From Rhodospirillaceae bacterium (GTDB lineage: Bacteria; Pseudomonadota; Alphaproteobacteria; MPNO01; UBA2964): a stretch of 64,000 nucleotides of DNA. The notes below the pieces were generated by a model. That model did not search any database. It saw only the letters and a program-made list of their open reading frames with translations, and was not told the DNA's origin. Below, piece by piece: positions 34,936 to 46,216 of the stretch; the stretch's first letter is position 1; each line of letters opens with the position of its first letter. The translations under genes and the position numbers were made by a program. The stretch covers positions 171,949-235,948 of the forward strand of contig JAYQSM010000005.1 of the NCBI GenBank assembly GCA_038146885.1. Direction: 5' to 3'.

Positions 34936-36145
34936 TTGAATCAGAAAGTTATAGAAATGAAATCTGATCCCCCGAGCATAGACCATTGTCGGATTGCAGT
35001 GGTGCACGATTGGCTGACAGTCTACGCTGGAGCGGAAAGAGTGTTGGAAAACCTCTTAAGCGTGTTCCCTAGTTCAGACGTCTACACTTTGGTTGATACA
35101 ATGGGAAGCAGTGAAAGAAAATTCCTGCAGCAACACCAGGTATTTACCACTTTTTTCCAAAGATACCGGTTGCTGCGTAATCACTACCAAGTTTTCTCCC
35201 GCTAATGCCGATAGCAATCGAACAATTTGATTTGTCCAATTATGATATAATTCTGTCAGTCAGCACAGCCATCGCAAAAGGGGTTATTACCGGTCCGGAT
35301 CAGTTACATGTCTGCTATTGCAATACGCCGATGCGGTATGCTTGGGATCTGCAGCACCAATACTTAAAAGAGTCGGGGCTAGATAGAGGTTTAAAAGGTA
35401 TATTGGCGCGCTACATTTTGCACAAAATACGGATATGGGATCATCGAACTGCAGCGAGTGTTGACCATTTTATCGGTAATTCCAATTATATTGGACGGCG
35501 TATTAAGAAAATATACAGACGCTCATCAGAGGTTATTTATCCCCCGGTTGCACTATCTGATTTTACCCCGATATCAGAAAACGGGGCCTTCTATTTGGTG
35601 GTCTCAAGAATGGTACCCTACAAAAAGATCCTGCTTATAGCAGAAGCCTTTTCTGGATTGCCCAATGAAAACTAATTATCATTGGCACTGGACCCGATCT
35701 TCATCGGGTTAAAAAGGCGGCAGGAGACAATGTTTCGATTTTAGGTTACCAGCCCTTCGAAGTCGTTAGGGATTACATGCGGAGATCCAAAGCGCTTATC
35801 GTGGCGGCGGAAGAGGACTTCGGCATTAGCATGGTAGAGGCTCAAGCATGCGGAATACCAGTAATCGCATATGGTCGAGGGGGCTCTCTCGAAATTATTC
35901 GCGGAATGGAGCACAAAACCCCTACCGGGGTTCATTTTCACAAACAGGAAATTGGAGAAATACAAAGAGCTGTGAGGACTTTCCAGGACTCCCAGGGGCT
36001 GTTTAATAAAAACTATATCAGAGCAAATGCAGAACGTTTCTCGGAGTCAATTTTTCAGAAACAAATACTAAAGAGCGTTGCACTCGAATGGACCAAAATC
36101 CAGTTCGGGAACAATCGATTGTTAGGATCTTTTATCTTCATCTAA
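34936..36145 (+). pseudogene. Glycosyltransferase family 1 (GT4; WcaL/RfaB-like), broken into three ORFs by single-base indels
   Basis: ORF 34936..35205 has the N-terminus IAVVHDWLTVYAGAERV. At 35205, one missing c converts the conserved ...QVFLPLMPIAIEQFDLS into two ORFs. ORF 35777..36145 carries the C-terminal EDFGISMVEAQACGIPVIAYGRGG motif. Confidence 0.6.
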
Positions 36146-36288
36146 TGGCGGCTTTTTGAAATTCGTGCCCAGAATGGCGAAGTATTCGTATGCAAAGGGA
36201 CAGAAATCATTGCTGACAGGAATTATTATGGGAAGGCAAGTGTTAATCAAAGCCAACCCTGGACACACTGTTTTTTAACATTCAAAAA

Positions 36289-37528
36289 TTGGCTAAAGTT
36301 ATTGCGATGATAAATGAAAATCCATGCCCTACCTACTATCTTCACAATCCACACGTTTCAGGCGCCTGGTATGGAAAAACTATCTTCAATAATCTAATGC
36401 CGGCCAAAAAAAACAAAAATTATAGTAAATACTCTTTCCTTCTCGAAAATTCCCAAGGGCAGAATTACTCCGTTGCAATGATTTATGACGGGGGGGACAG
36501 CTCTTTTCCTGGTTTTAGGAGGCTTCCAACGGCACGGCTCAAAAAAACGTTGAGCAAATTTGAGGTTGAACAGTGGATTAAGCTAAACCGCTACAATCAG
36601 CGATACAACATTATTCAAGGGAAAGATGTCGAACCTACTGAGCAGGATGCTATTATCATTCAAATTCATGGAATTGAATCCAGTTATAAAACCCTACAAA
36701 CTTATATTTCCAAGTTTAAAAAACGTATCTTATTTCTAAATCACTTTTATATTAGTGCGAGGTCCCGATCCCAAATCGCGCAGGACCTCGGGATCAATTT
36801 GATTGTCTCAGAATGCGATCTATACAAACGCAGTGAATTATTCAGATCAATTTATCCATGGTATAAAAAACCGGTTCTCGCATTACCATATGCGTTTGGG
36901 GATAGATTCAAAAGCCTACGCCCTCCTTCGGAACGCTTCCCCGCATGTGTCGCTACAGGAACACTAGACTTTATAAAAGATCCAGAATACTTCAGAGACC
37001 TTCACGACCTAACAGAATCTCGCGTTCTACACCCAATGAGGCAGACAATATACGAAAATAAAACAGATCTCAAAGGCCTGATTGACTCATACATCTCCCC
37101 CTATCGCGCAGGGATTGAAGGGAGGGGCATGTTAGTTCTCCTCAGACAAACATTTCAGGATCCACAGCCTGAATATAATGCGATTAACATCGTTGATTTA
37201 TATAACAACTATCAAATGGCGGTCGTCCCCGAGGAAATTACCGGGCTCCCCGGAATAGGTATGGTGGAAGCAATGGCCTGGATGCGCCTACCTAGGTAGC
37301 CTGAGGGACGTCTATAAAGACATGGGTCTTGAGGATGGATTTTCATACATAGCCTATGATGGATCTTTGGACGGCCTGCTGGAGAAAATAAAATTCTACC
37401 AAAACCGACCCTCAGAGTTATTGAAAATAGGCTCCCGTGGAAGATCCCATGTGAGAAAACATTACAGCCGTGCAACTTCCTGTGCCCGTTTTTTTGGAGA
37501 AATTTCTGGATCGATCAACTGGGATTGA
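36289..37528 (+). pseudogene. Glycosyltransferase with a GT1/GT4-type C-terminus and a divergent N-terminal region, carrying one frameshift near 37300
   Basis: ORF 36289..37299 ends with ..LPGIGMVEAMAWM (the EX7E-like region). ORF 37322..37528 continues the C-terminal helices. Confidence 0.4.
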
Positions 37529-37742
37529 ACCTAAGCGGATTGGAGAAAATTTTACTTCCTAATCATATAGCCACCTCCCGATCAAACATGGCCGTTGGAT
37601 CCAGGTTATCTCTGGGATTGGGCATGCTGGAATAAGTATTCCGCTCCATGGCCAGTTCGTTTTATACAGGAAAAATAAGTTGCCTCCCATCAATTCCCGG
37701 GAACTTCAATGTTTGAGAATATTTTCCAGGTATGGATACATC

Positions 37743-38984
37743 TCATCTAGTAGGCATTTTCCCTCTAATTAAGGCGAAGAACGTCATAATAATGATCTTT
37801 ACATCCAAGAAAATTGACCAGGAATTCATATAATCTATGTCAGACTGAATTCGCGCCTCCAAGTCATCAACACTTATATCCCCCTCCCCTAAAGCCTCGG
37901 ATCTGGGCCAAACCCGTAATCCCAGGCTTAACCTGATGACGTAACCAATAATCTTTCGAGGCCTCCCAAAATAATTTTTTCTCCGCCAAGGAATATAATG
38001 CATGCGGTCTAGGCCCGACAATGCTCATATTTCCAATAATAACATTTATGATTTGGGGGACTTCATCTAGACTCGTTTTTCTCAGAATACGGCCAACCTT
38101 AGTCACTCTGTTATCCTGTCGTCTTGTTCCCTCGGCTCCGCCGTTATCACTACTTTCGACATACATCGAACGAAATTTGAACACAGAAAAATGCTTATTA
38201 TTGCTACCGATACGTTTTTGAATGAACAATACAGGTCCTGATGACTCCAGGCGGATAAGTAACGCTATTATTGCCATAATAGGCAGAATCAAGGGCAGAA
38301 CGGCAAGGCAAAATAGCAGATCAAAAAGTCTTTTTTGAAACTTCTCGGCCCTGCTTAACCTTGCACGCGAAACCAATATTGTGGGCACACCAAGCCAACT
38401 TGAGAAACCTAGCGGGGCTATATTCCCTGCGGGTGTCTCCACAATCTCCGCGTTAACTCCGATCAACCTGACTAAAGAACACCACTGTGTTTTTACCTCA
38501 GAGTCATCAAATGCTAAAAGAACCCGATCGGTAGACTGAGTCAATATCGCTAGTTCATTTAAAAAATCAGGAGTTAGATTCCTTGATCCCAACCTTCTTT
38601 GTGAACGTCTAACATGGTTATCGATGGAGAAACAAAGATATCTTTTGATAGTCCTTTTTCATCTCCCAAGATAAATACTTTTTCTGAAATTATTCCTTCA
38701 AGCTTGTTTTGGATTAATAGGGCCAAGAGAAACCGGGAGCCCGATATTAAAATAAGACATCCAAGAACAATGTAGCAAAATTCGAGACGGGAATATTGGG
38801 AGCTTGTCTTGAGAACAAAGGCCATGGAAATTGCTAAGATGGCCGAACCAATTACAGCGATCACCGCCCTCTTAACTGAGAGCTCGCAATTTTTTAGAGT
38901 GTCAATCAAAAAAGCTTTACTAGCAATAGCGGCCACGCCATAAATTAAAGCTACTGAAATGAAAAAGATGGGTCCTTTTCCCAT
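37743..38984 (-). pseudogene. Polyprenyl glycosylphosphotransferase (WbaP/ExoY-type, initiating enzyme), broken into three pieces
   Basis: ORF 38574..38984 has the N-terminal membrane segment. ORF 37867..38592 has the catalytic core (FKFRSM...DELPQ-like DEVPQIINVIIGNMSIVGPRP). ORF 37743..38021 has the C-terminal end (..DDLEARIQSDIDYMNSWSIFLDVKII). Confidence 0.65.
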
Positions 38985-39371
38985 CCCAATTGCCCGTACC
39001 TCATTAGAGACGCAATCATGATCACTGTGATAAGGGAAAAACTATCCAAAATTATTGCCAAAAGGCCTATAAGAATTCTTATCCAGCTTGCACAAACTCG
39101 CGTCAAATAACCCAAATTAAGTCCTATCTAACTCATAAAATTCATAGAGATGGCAAGTACGTTAAGATTCAACAACTTTATTACCTCCCCGTCCTATTTA
39201 ATATTAACACATTGCCGAAGCAATGTACCATTATGGAAAGAAGGGTGAAATTTTTCTAAAATTGGCTACTTTTTGCACATAACATGTTCATCCCAGGTAT
39301 TCTAAATGTTTTAAAATCAACGGATACGCAATCATGAAATTCTATACATCCAAAGTCTGGTAAGTTATCCA

Positions 39372-40650
39372 ATGGGATCAAGAGTAGTGCGTTATTGTTT
39401 ATTTGGGATCATTCTGCTGTCCCCACTGCCACTCGGGTTAAACCGGCCAGAGATTTGGAATTTCGTCTGTATCCTAATAGGTATCCTTGGAATTTTTGGA
39501 TTAGTGATCTTCACCACAGATCGTACAGTACAGAGAAAATTAAAATTTTTGACGCTCCCGGGCGGTTTTACGTTGATCTTCTTAATATTTGTTCTGCTGC
39601 AGTCGGCAGATTTTCTCGGTTGGCTTGGCAATCCAATATGGAAAAATATAGCCTTGATTGGAGGAGAGGAAATCCCTGGAACGATATCCATCAACCCATC
39701 TCAAAGTATCTCGTCACTACTTGGTTATACCGCCTACATCGTGGTCTTTTTTTTAGCCTTTATCACAACAAGAAGAACAAAAAACACACTAAATGAGCAA
39801 TTGGTTTTCCTATGCGCCGGCATTATTTATGCAACTTACGGGCTCATTATATATTTCTCAGGAAACCAGAAAATCTTATGGTTCGATAAATGGGCCTATT
39901 TAAATGATCTAACCTCGGTTTTTGTTAATCGTAATACCTACGCGACCTTCTGCGGGTTTATAATAGTTTGCTCGATTACGTGCATGTTTGCGCAAATTTC
40001 TAATTTGCGCAGTGCATCAGTAAAATCTTACATTGGGAGTCTGAAGGGATTCTCATGGCCGCTCTATATAAGTATCCTTGCCTTTCTATTAAACACGATA
40101 ACACTGTTCCTGACCCACTCTAGGGGTGGGCTTTTGGCTTCTATTTGCGGGGTGCTATGCCTCTGTTTTATAATCCTAGTAAAACACAAGGAGAGAGGCA
40201 TTGGTCTATCATTAGCCGGGATTGCATTATTTTTCCTTCTCGGATTTGGATTATTTTTATCGGGTGAAACTACAATCCAAAGGATCTCCAATACCTCTGT
40301 TGACACCCTTCTCCGAGACGAGGCCTACCAGGCCATCTTAGTGGGGATCAAATCATCGCCGTGGCTGGGAACTGGTTTTGGAACATTTGAAGATGGTTTC
40401 AAAACATACTACACTGAGAGCCTTAATCATTTAAATTGGACGAAAGCTCATAATACTTATCTAGAGATATTTTTCGAGTTGGGGCTCATCTTTGGAATTG
40501 TGTTTTTCATTCCACTGAGTTTGGTCCTGTTTTTCCTTCTGCAAGGGTAAGAGTCGAACACGACACTATCTTTTGCCCGGGCTGGGACTTTCACTAATTG
40601 TTATTTCCGCGGTACACGCATTATTTGACTTCAGCAACCAAATCCAGCGC
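39372..40650 (+). CDS. O-antigen ligase family membrane protein (Wzy_C/WaaL-like); the main ORF is 39372..40550 and its C-terminal tail is shifted into another frame
   Basis: A polytopic protein with LTHSRGGLLASICGV (the HSR-G-L loop). After the stop at 40550, the conserved tail ..ISAVHALFDFSNQIQRL continues in a different frame. Confidence 0.55.
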
Positions 40651-40852
40651 TTGCGCTAACTTTCTCATGGCTAATCGGAACACTCCTATCACACGCACAA
40701 ACTTCCAGTCGAAACTAGTCCCAATTCTAGGTTTGTTAGTTTGATTGGTCAGATAATATAGGGTCCCATCTCACAAATTGAGGACAAGCGCCGGTTCCTT
40801 CCCCAATAAGACATCGATTTAAAATAATTAATAAGCGCTGGCGTCCAGCATT

Positions 40853-41290
40853 CTAGGGTTTCCGTAGAAGATTGAAAAACTCAGTAAGTAAGGGTAGATC
40901 ATTCAGTAAGCCATAGGTGGCCATTACTCTAAAGGCCCGAGATCTCTTCGCCGCGATAATAAAAAGATCCTGCCGATACCTAAAACCTGCCCGAATTAGA
41001 GGTATATAGCGCGACTTTTCTATAAATCTGAGCCCCTCCCAAATACCCTCCAATGTTAGTAGACGAGTATAATATAATGGCCTGATGTGAGGTCCAGTTT
41101 CGATGGATAGATCTAAACAATTATGTGCCAGTTCCTTATTACCCAATCTTAGGTAAAGATGCGCTAGCCTCGCTAGTTCATATGGTTTTGCAGGCGACAT
41201 CGATAATCCTGTAAGTAAAAGTCTTTGGCGAGCAATCAGATTCTGCAATGAGTGACGGGACCCGACATCATTGAAACCTAACCTAAGCAA
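40853..41290 (-). CDS. Hypothetical protein, possibly helical-repeat; a small signal-peptide ORF lies just upstream near 41335..41511
   Basis: A 145-aa ORF with no recognisable motif. The upstream roughly 59-aa hydrophobic ORF (MRLKALMVLGVIAISLSLAICS...) may be its frameshifted N-terminus. Confidence 0.25.
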   Translation of the reverse strand: MLRLGFNDVGSRHSLQNLIARQRLLLTGLSMSPAKPYELARLAHLYLRLGNKELAHNCLDLSIETGPHIRPLYYTRLLTLEGIWEGLRFIEKSRYIPLIRAGFRYRQDLFIIAAKRSRAFRVMATYGLLNDLPLLTEFFNLLRKP

Positions 41291-41525
41291 ACACGTTCCT
41301 GCAAGAAATAGAAACTGGATTGTGGTGCAAAGCTAGAGCTTTGATATTGCTGAGGAAATACCTAGATATTGTGCTTGAGTGGGGTTCATAACCCCCAAAT
41401 CAAATTTTACAGAGGACAAATACAGACCAGCAACAAGTCTCGAGAAAGAGCAGATTGCAAGCGACAGGCTTATAGCTATGACCCCCAATACCATTAGGGC
41501 TTTCAACCGCATTTTCGACAGATAT

Positions 41526-43751
41526 CAGCCAGAGTAGTAGCCTTTATATTTTCCGTAGTAATATCCCTGATCGTAATAGCCATAATACCTTTGTTTCTTC
41601 GCATCAACCTGACTTTACCATCCCTGCAAGGGGCAAATGGGAGTCAAGAGCTAAGGCAGCACCCGTCTTAACGAGATCTTTTGGTGTAGCGCCCCACTTA
41701 ACCACGTAGATCACTTTATCAGCCAACTGAGGAATGACTCGAGCCTCCGCTACAGCTAGCATCGGAGGAGAATCAATATAAATCAAATCGTATTTATCCC
41801 TGAATTTTTTCAAAAGGTCGGCCATTCTCGCCGATGATAAAAGTTCCAGGGAGGAGCCTCCAGCGTCATCGGCTGGGATTACGAACAAACCTGTAGACCC
41901 TACCTGTTGGGTCGCTATTTCTGGACCATATTCACCCGCAAGAACGCCTACCAAATTAAACTCTTTCTTAATCTGAAGACTTGCGTGGATGGTGGGTTTC
42001 CTGAGGTCACAATCAATTATCAAAACCCTCTTTCCAGAAAGCGCACTTTGCTGCGCCATCCAGAGCGTTATTGTTGACTTTCCCTCAGACGGAGTGGAGG
42101 AGGCGACCGAGATCACTTTCGGAGGCTTGTCTACATCTGACAACTGAATTGCGGTCGACAAATTTCGAATGGACTCGGAGATCGTAGATACCGGATCCTC
42201 TACCACCACCTTTGCGATCGCCCTGCGCCCGAGTACAGACTTAACCAGGGGAATAGCCCCCAATACGGGAATACCAACTTCTAGTTCTAGTTGCTTTGCA
42301 GACCTATAACTGTTCTGCATACGCTCCAAAACATATGCAAATAAAAGTCCCAGGAACAAACCACTTATTCCGGATACGATTATAAAGGTTTGCTTATTAG
42401 GAAAGCTTGGCAAAACCGGGACCGAAGCACGCGAGATAATCCTTGCATCTGCTTGTTGCAAATCCTCCTGAGAACTTGTTTCTTTGAAACGATTCAAGAA
42501 ATTTGAATACAGCAATTGGCTTGCTTTTGCCTCTCTTTCTAATTCTCGAAGGCGTATGGCTGCCCTATTTTGTTTTTGGTTGCGCCCTTCCAGCCTATCC
42601 AAATTTCTCTGCAAGGTTGCCTCTCTAGCCCGGGCAACATTCATCTCATTCCGGAGACTTTGAGCGATTTTTCTGACCTCGGTTTCTATCGACTTTCGCA
42701 AATCCCTGAGTTCGTTCTTTGCCTTAAGCATGTTTGGATGCCGAGGACCGTATCGGGACTCCAACTCCGAGACCTTTCTGATCACCTCTGCCTCTTGAGC
42801 CCGGAGGCGTTGGATAAGCATTGAATTTAGGACCTCAGCGGCTGAGGCTAAATTCTGCCCACCCGCCTTCAGCAGGGTTTCTATCTGGTCGAGGCGCGCC
42901 CTGGCTTCTGCGCGTTTTGTCTGTGCCAAAACCATTTGGGTATTCAAGCCAGAAATTTGTTGGGCAGTGATATCGGTCCGTTGACCAAGCTGCGATGACA
43001 TGTTCACACGAAATTTCTCAACCGCTTTCTCAGCTGTCTCCACTTTTGTCTTTAGCGTGTTCAGCCTCTCGCTCAGCCAGTTAGTTGCCCGTTTTGTTGC
43101 CTCGAACTTTGCCTCCAATTGATCCACAATATAGAGATCCGCGATTGTGTTGGCGATTCGGGCTGCTTTCCTGGCATCCAAAGACGTAAAGCCGACCTGT
43201 ATTACAACAGATCGCCTAACCGGTGAAACCACCAGATTCTTTTTAATTTTTTCTACGACCTTTGTTTTTACAAGTGACTTCAACTCAGCTTCTGTAAGAT
43301 TTTCTGGTGGTTCCGATAGCCCGAGAACCACTAGCCAAGTCTCCGGGAGATACTTGATCGGATTCACGTATGAAGCCCACGACGATGATTTTCCAAGGTC
43401 TGGATTAAATTCGGGGTCTCCATCCAATCCTAATTTGTCAACCAATCGACTCAAAAGAGCCCCAGACTGAATCACTTGGTTTCGCTCAGTACCGCTGTCA
43501 TTTCCGGCGAAAGGCCTGACGCCAACGCTCTCTATGTCCGTAACTTTGTTTTTACGCGTTTCAATCATTACCTGCACATTAGCGGTAAATTGTTTCTTAA
43601 GCTGAAACACCGTCAGTGTTCCCAAAATCAGCACAAAAACGGCGGTCGCAAGGATTACTGCTCTCCTACGCCATAGAGCAAACAAAAAACCTAAGATCTT
43701 GCTCTTCTTCAACCAAATTGCGCGCCCCCGATCTGTTCGGAGAAGGGCCAT
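41526..43751 (-). CDS. wzc: Polysaccharide co-polymerase/tyrosine autokinase (Wzc/ExoP-like BY-kinase). The C-terminal tyrosine cluster sits in a different frame (41526..41612).
   Basis: The 715-aa ORF 41604..43751 has an N-terminal transmembrane segment plus a Wzz-like periplasmic domain, a long coiled coil, a second transmembrane segment and a P-loop ATPase (VASSTPSEGKSTITL). The Tyr-rich tail QRYYGYYDQGYYYGKYKGYYSG is encoded immediately downstream but out of frame. Confidence 0.8.
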
Positions 43752-43849
43752 CTATACTCGGCAACATTGGGGCCACCATTCACTATTACGACTTCCCGGA
43801 ATCATGCTATTTTAATATAGCAAAAACCAAACCAGAGTAAGCCTGCTTT
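43752..43849. promoter_or_regulatory. Divergent intergenic region between wzc and the PPP phosphatase gene, presumed to hold both promoters
   Basis: A 98-bp gap between two divergently oriented start codons. No specific boxes were identified. Confidence 0.3.
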
Positions 43850-44623
43850 ATGCCAATTAAAAATCTTTTTCGCAAATCCACCAACAAACCAAGACCAGGT
43901 ATTACATTCGAAGAGGCTAGGATCCTTGGCCCAGATCGAATCGTCGCCATTGGGGACATACATGGACGATTAGATTCCCTCGAAATCCTTCTTGAAAAAT
44001 TAGAGACCACCCTGTTAGAAAAAGGAGACGGCCTACACTTTGTCTTGCTAGGCGACTATATTGATAGAGGTCCATCTAGCTGCCAAGTGATCAATAAACT
44101 TCTGAAATGGAAATATTTTGGACAGAGTATATTTCTAATGGGTAATCACGAACGCTTTCTTTTAAACTTTCTAGTTGATCCTATAAAGTTTGCCGAGTGG
44201 TTACAATATGGAGGAATTGAAACACTAATTTCCTATCAAGTATTCCCCAAACCTGGTTCTCAATCCCAACAACAACTCATTTCAATTAAAGAAGAACTCG
44301 CCTCTAAGATCCCCGACGCTCACCTTGAATTTTTAAAAAGCCTAAAGCTTTCCTATACATCCGGCGATTTCATGTTCGTACACGCCGGAGTCGACCCCTC
44401 AATTCCACTGGATAAAAACCCCGAGGAAATACTCCTATGGATCAGAGAACCATTTCTGAGCTACCCAAAGCCACTCCCCAAGGTCATCGTCCACGGCCAC
44501 ACAATTTCTAGCAATGGAATCCCAGAAATTCGAATAAACCGAGTTGGTTTAGATACCGGTTCTTACCTAAACGGGAAAATAACCGCAATGGCCGTGGCCG
44601 GAGCAGAAAAAATCAAACAATAA
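43850..44623 (+). CDS. PPP-family metallophosphatase (Ser/Thr/Tyr protein phosphatase, PrpA/PrpB/ApaH-like)
   Basis: A 257-aa protein with the canonical GDIHG, GDYIDRG and GNHE motifs in order. Confidence 0.8.
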   Translation: MPIKNLFRKSTNKPRPGITFEEARILGPDRIVAIGDIHGRLDSLEILLEKLETTLLEKGDGLHFVLLGDYIDRGPSSCQVINKLLKWKYFGQSIFLMGNHERFLLNFLVDPIKFAEWLQYGGIETLISYQVFPKPGSQSQQQLISIKEELASKIPDAHLEFLKSLKLSYTSGDFMFVHAGVDPSIPLDKNPEEILLWIREPFLSYPKPLPKVIVHGHTISSNGIPEIRINRVGLDTGSYLNGKITAMAVAGAEKIKQ

Positions 44624-44812
44624 GTAGCGACTGACATCAAATCGTTCCTCGATTCTGACAACATCGCCAGGTAAGACACGCGTCTCCGGTCCAACGGACA
44701 TTTTATCGCGCTCCGAAGATCCAGATCTTATGAGTGTAATCAGTTCCTTATTTGCCCGATAAGTATAACCACCGCCAAGAGCAACCGCATTAAGGATGGT
44801 CATTCCGTTCAC
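44567..44812 (-). pseudogene. wza: Truncated remnant of polysaccharide export protein Wza (C-terminal about 80 aa only)
   Basis: ORF ..MTILNAVALGGGYTYRANKELITLIRSGS...VLPGDVVRIEE matches the last SLBB domain region of Wza. No N-terminal part exists upstream, where the OMP gene lies. Confidence 0.55.
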
Positions 44813-44841
44813 GTATGGATACCGGAACCCAGCCTATAGAC

Positions 44842-44870
44842 GACTTCGCCGTTGGCAGTACCAACGGCGA
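44842..44870 (-). terminator. Perfect 11-bp-stem hairpin (ttcgccgttgg/tactg/ccaacggcgaa) immediately downstream of the OMP gene
   Basis: The inverted repeat is read directly from the sequence, about 60 bp after the minus-strand OMP stop. It has no clear U-tract. Confidence 0.35.
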
Positions 44871-44929
44871 AGGCTGAAACAACGGCAAGGACTAGCGCCC
44901 TGATCATAACTTTCTGTTCTTATGGGTCC

Positions 44930-46186
44930 TTAGAATTTACCAGCCAATTTGACCATAACGATCTTACGATCATAGTCATTGGTGTTTATATTGGAGTCAC
45001 GCTCTTCATCTGTATATTTGAACCCGAGCGAAAACGACCTATTTAGATCATAATCCAAGCCAACTACGAACGTATCTTTATCGTCGCTCCTAAGATTAGA
45101 TGCGTCCTCATAGTCATTCGACGACCGTTTATAATCCACTTTCACAGCGAGATTACGCAGTAACTCATGGTCGACCCCTACACCGTAGGATGTCATGAGG
45201 TTTCCAGAGGTTTCAGAAGTGGTGCTCTCATTAATATCACGGGATACGTTCAACCTAACTTTCGTCAGTGGAGACATGTACCAAGTGATCTTGGCATTAG
45301 CAACGGTTTCTGAGATATCGCTAAAGCTTGACTCTGTATATTCCCTTTTTATTTTTCCAATCCCGATATCCGCGTCGACAAGTTTGGCCAATTCTAACCT
45401 GATACCCGCCTCAATCGTGTGTCCATCGGAGTCCCTATTAACGCCGCCATCATCCGTAGCGTCATCATAGTCGATGTCTACAAAGCTTGCTCTAATGAAT
45501 GCCTCATAACCTTTTTGAATTTCATAGCCGAGTCGAACATTATATTCCTTGTCACTTCGATCACGATCGTCATTGTTAGTGACGCCGCCACCCTCTTTGG
45601 CCGTATCGTCATAATCATAATTATTGAATTTCGCCCCTATTCCTAGGCCAATTCGGTTTGGCTTGAAGTTAGCGGAGACCCCATAATTGTTACGCTGATA
45701 TTCAGTCGGCGCCAAATCATCTGTACTCGTATTGTCGTCTCCACGCTCTTCAATCAAATTCCGGGTCCGACCTTCCAATTTGATCTGGCTAGACTTGGAA
45801 ATATCCAACCGAAAACGCAACCTCGCATCTGTCCGAGTAGCATTATCTGCCGAGGACCCACTAAACTGGTCCCTCTCTACACCACCATTAAACCTCAGTT
45901 CGTTGCTGCCCCAGTCCGACTTCACAGTCACTTCCGGTTTGATTTTGGTATAATTCTTGGTGCTCGCGCCGGAGTTTTCTTTGTAAAAATTATCATCTCT
46001 GAACTGCTCGATGGTGAGTGTTGGATCGAACTTGAACGATCCAGCTCGACCTCCGACGTTTTTATAACCATCTCCAACTTTGGTATCTGAGGCCTTCTTC
46101 GAATGCCCGCCTGCAAATGCCGGGACCGACCCTACGGCTAAACTTGCCGCAACAAGGACAGTGCTACTAAGTAATACTTTTTTCAT
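44930..46186 (-). CDS. Asp/Asn-rich outer-membrane beta-barrel protein with a signal peptide; possibly polysaccharide- or fibre-associated
   Basis: A 418-aa protein with a Sec signal peptide (MKKVLLSSTVLVAASLAVGSVPAFA). Its sequence shows alternating amphipathic beta-strand periodicity with repeated DYDD motifs. The C-terminal residue is Phe, as in typical OMPs. Confidence 0.6.
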   Translation of the reverse strand: MKKVLLSSTVLVAASLAVGSVPAFAGGHSKKASDTKVGDGYKNVGGRAGSFKFDPTLTIEQFRDDNFYKENSGASTKNYTKIKPEVTVKSDWGSNELRFNGGVERDQFSGSSADNATRTDARLRFRLDISKSSQIKLEGRTRNLIEERGDDNTSTDDLAPTEYQRNNYGVSANFKPNRIGLGIGAKFNNYDYDDTAKEGGGVTNNDDRDRSDKEYNVRLGYEIQKGYEAFIRASFVDIDYDDATDDGGVNRDSDGHTIEAGIRLELAKLVDADIGIGKIKREYTESSFSDISETVANAKITWYMSPLTKVRLNVSRDINESTTSETSGNLMTSYGVGVDHELLRNLAVKVDYKRSSNDYEDASNLRSDDKDTFVVGLDYDLNRSFSLGFKYTDEERDSNINTNDYDRKIVMVKLAGKF

Positions 46187-46216
46187 TTTATCTTATCCCA
46201 AGATCAGAATTGAACG

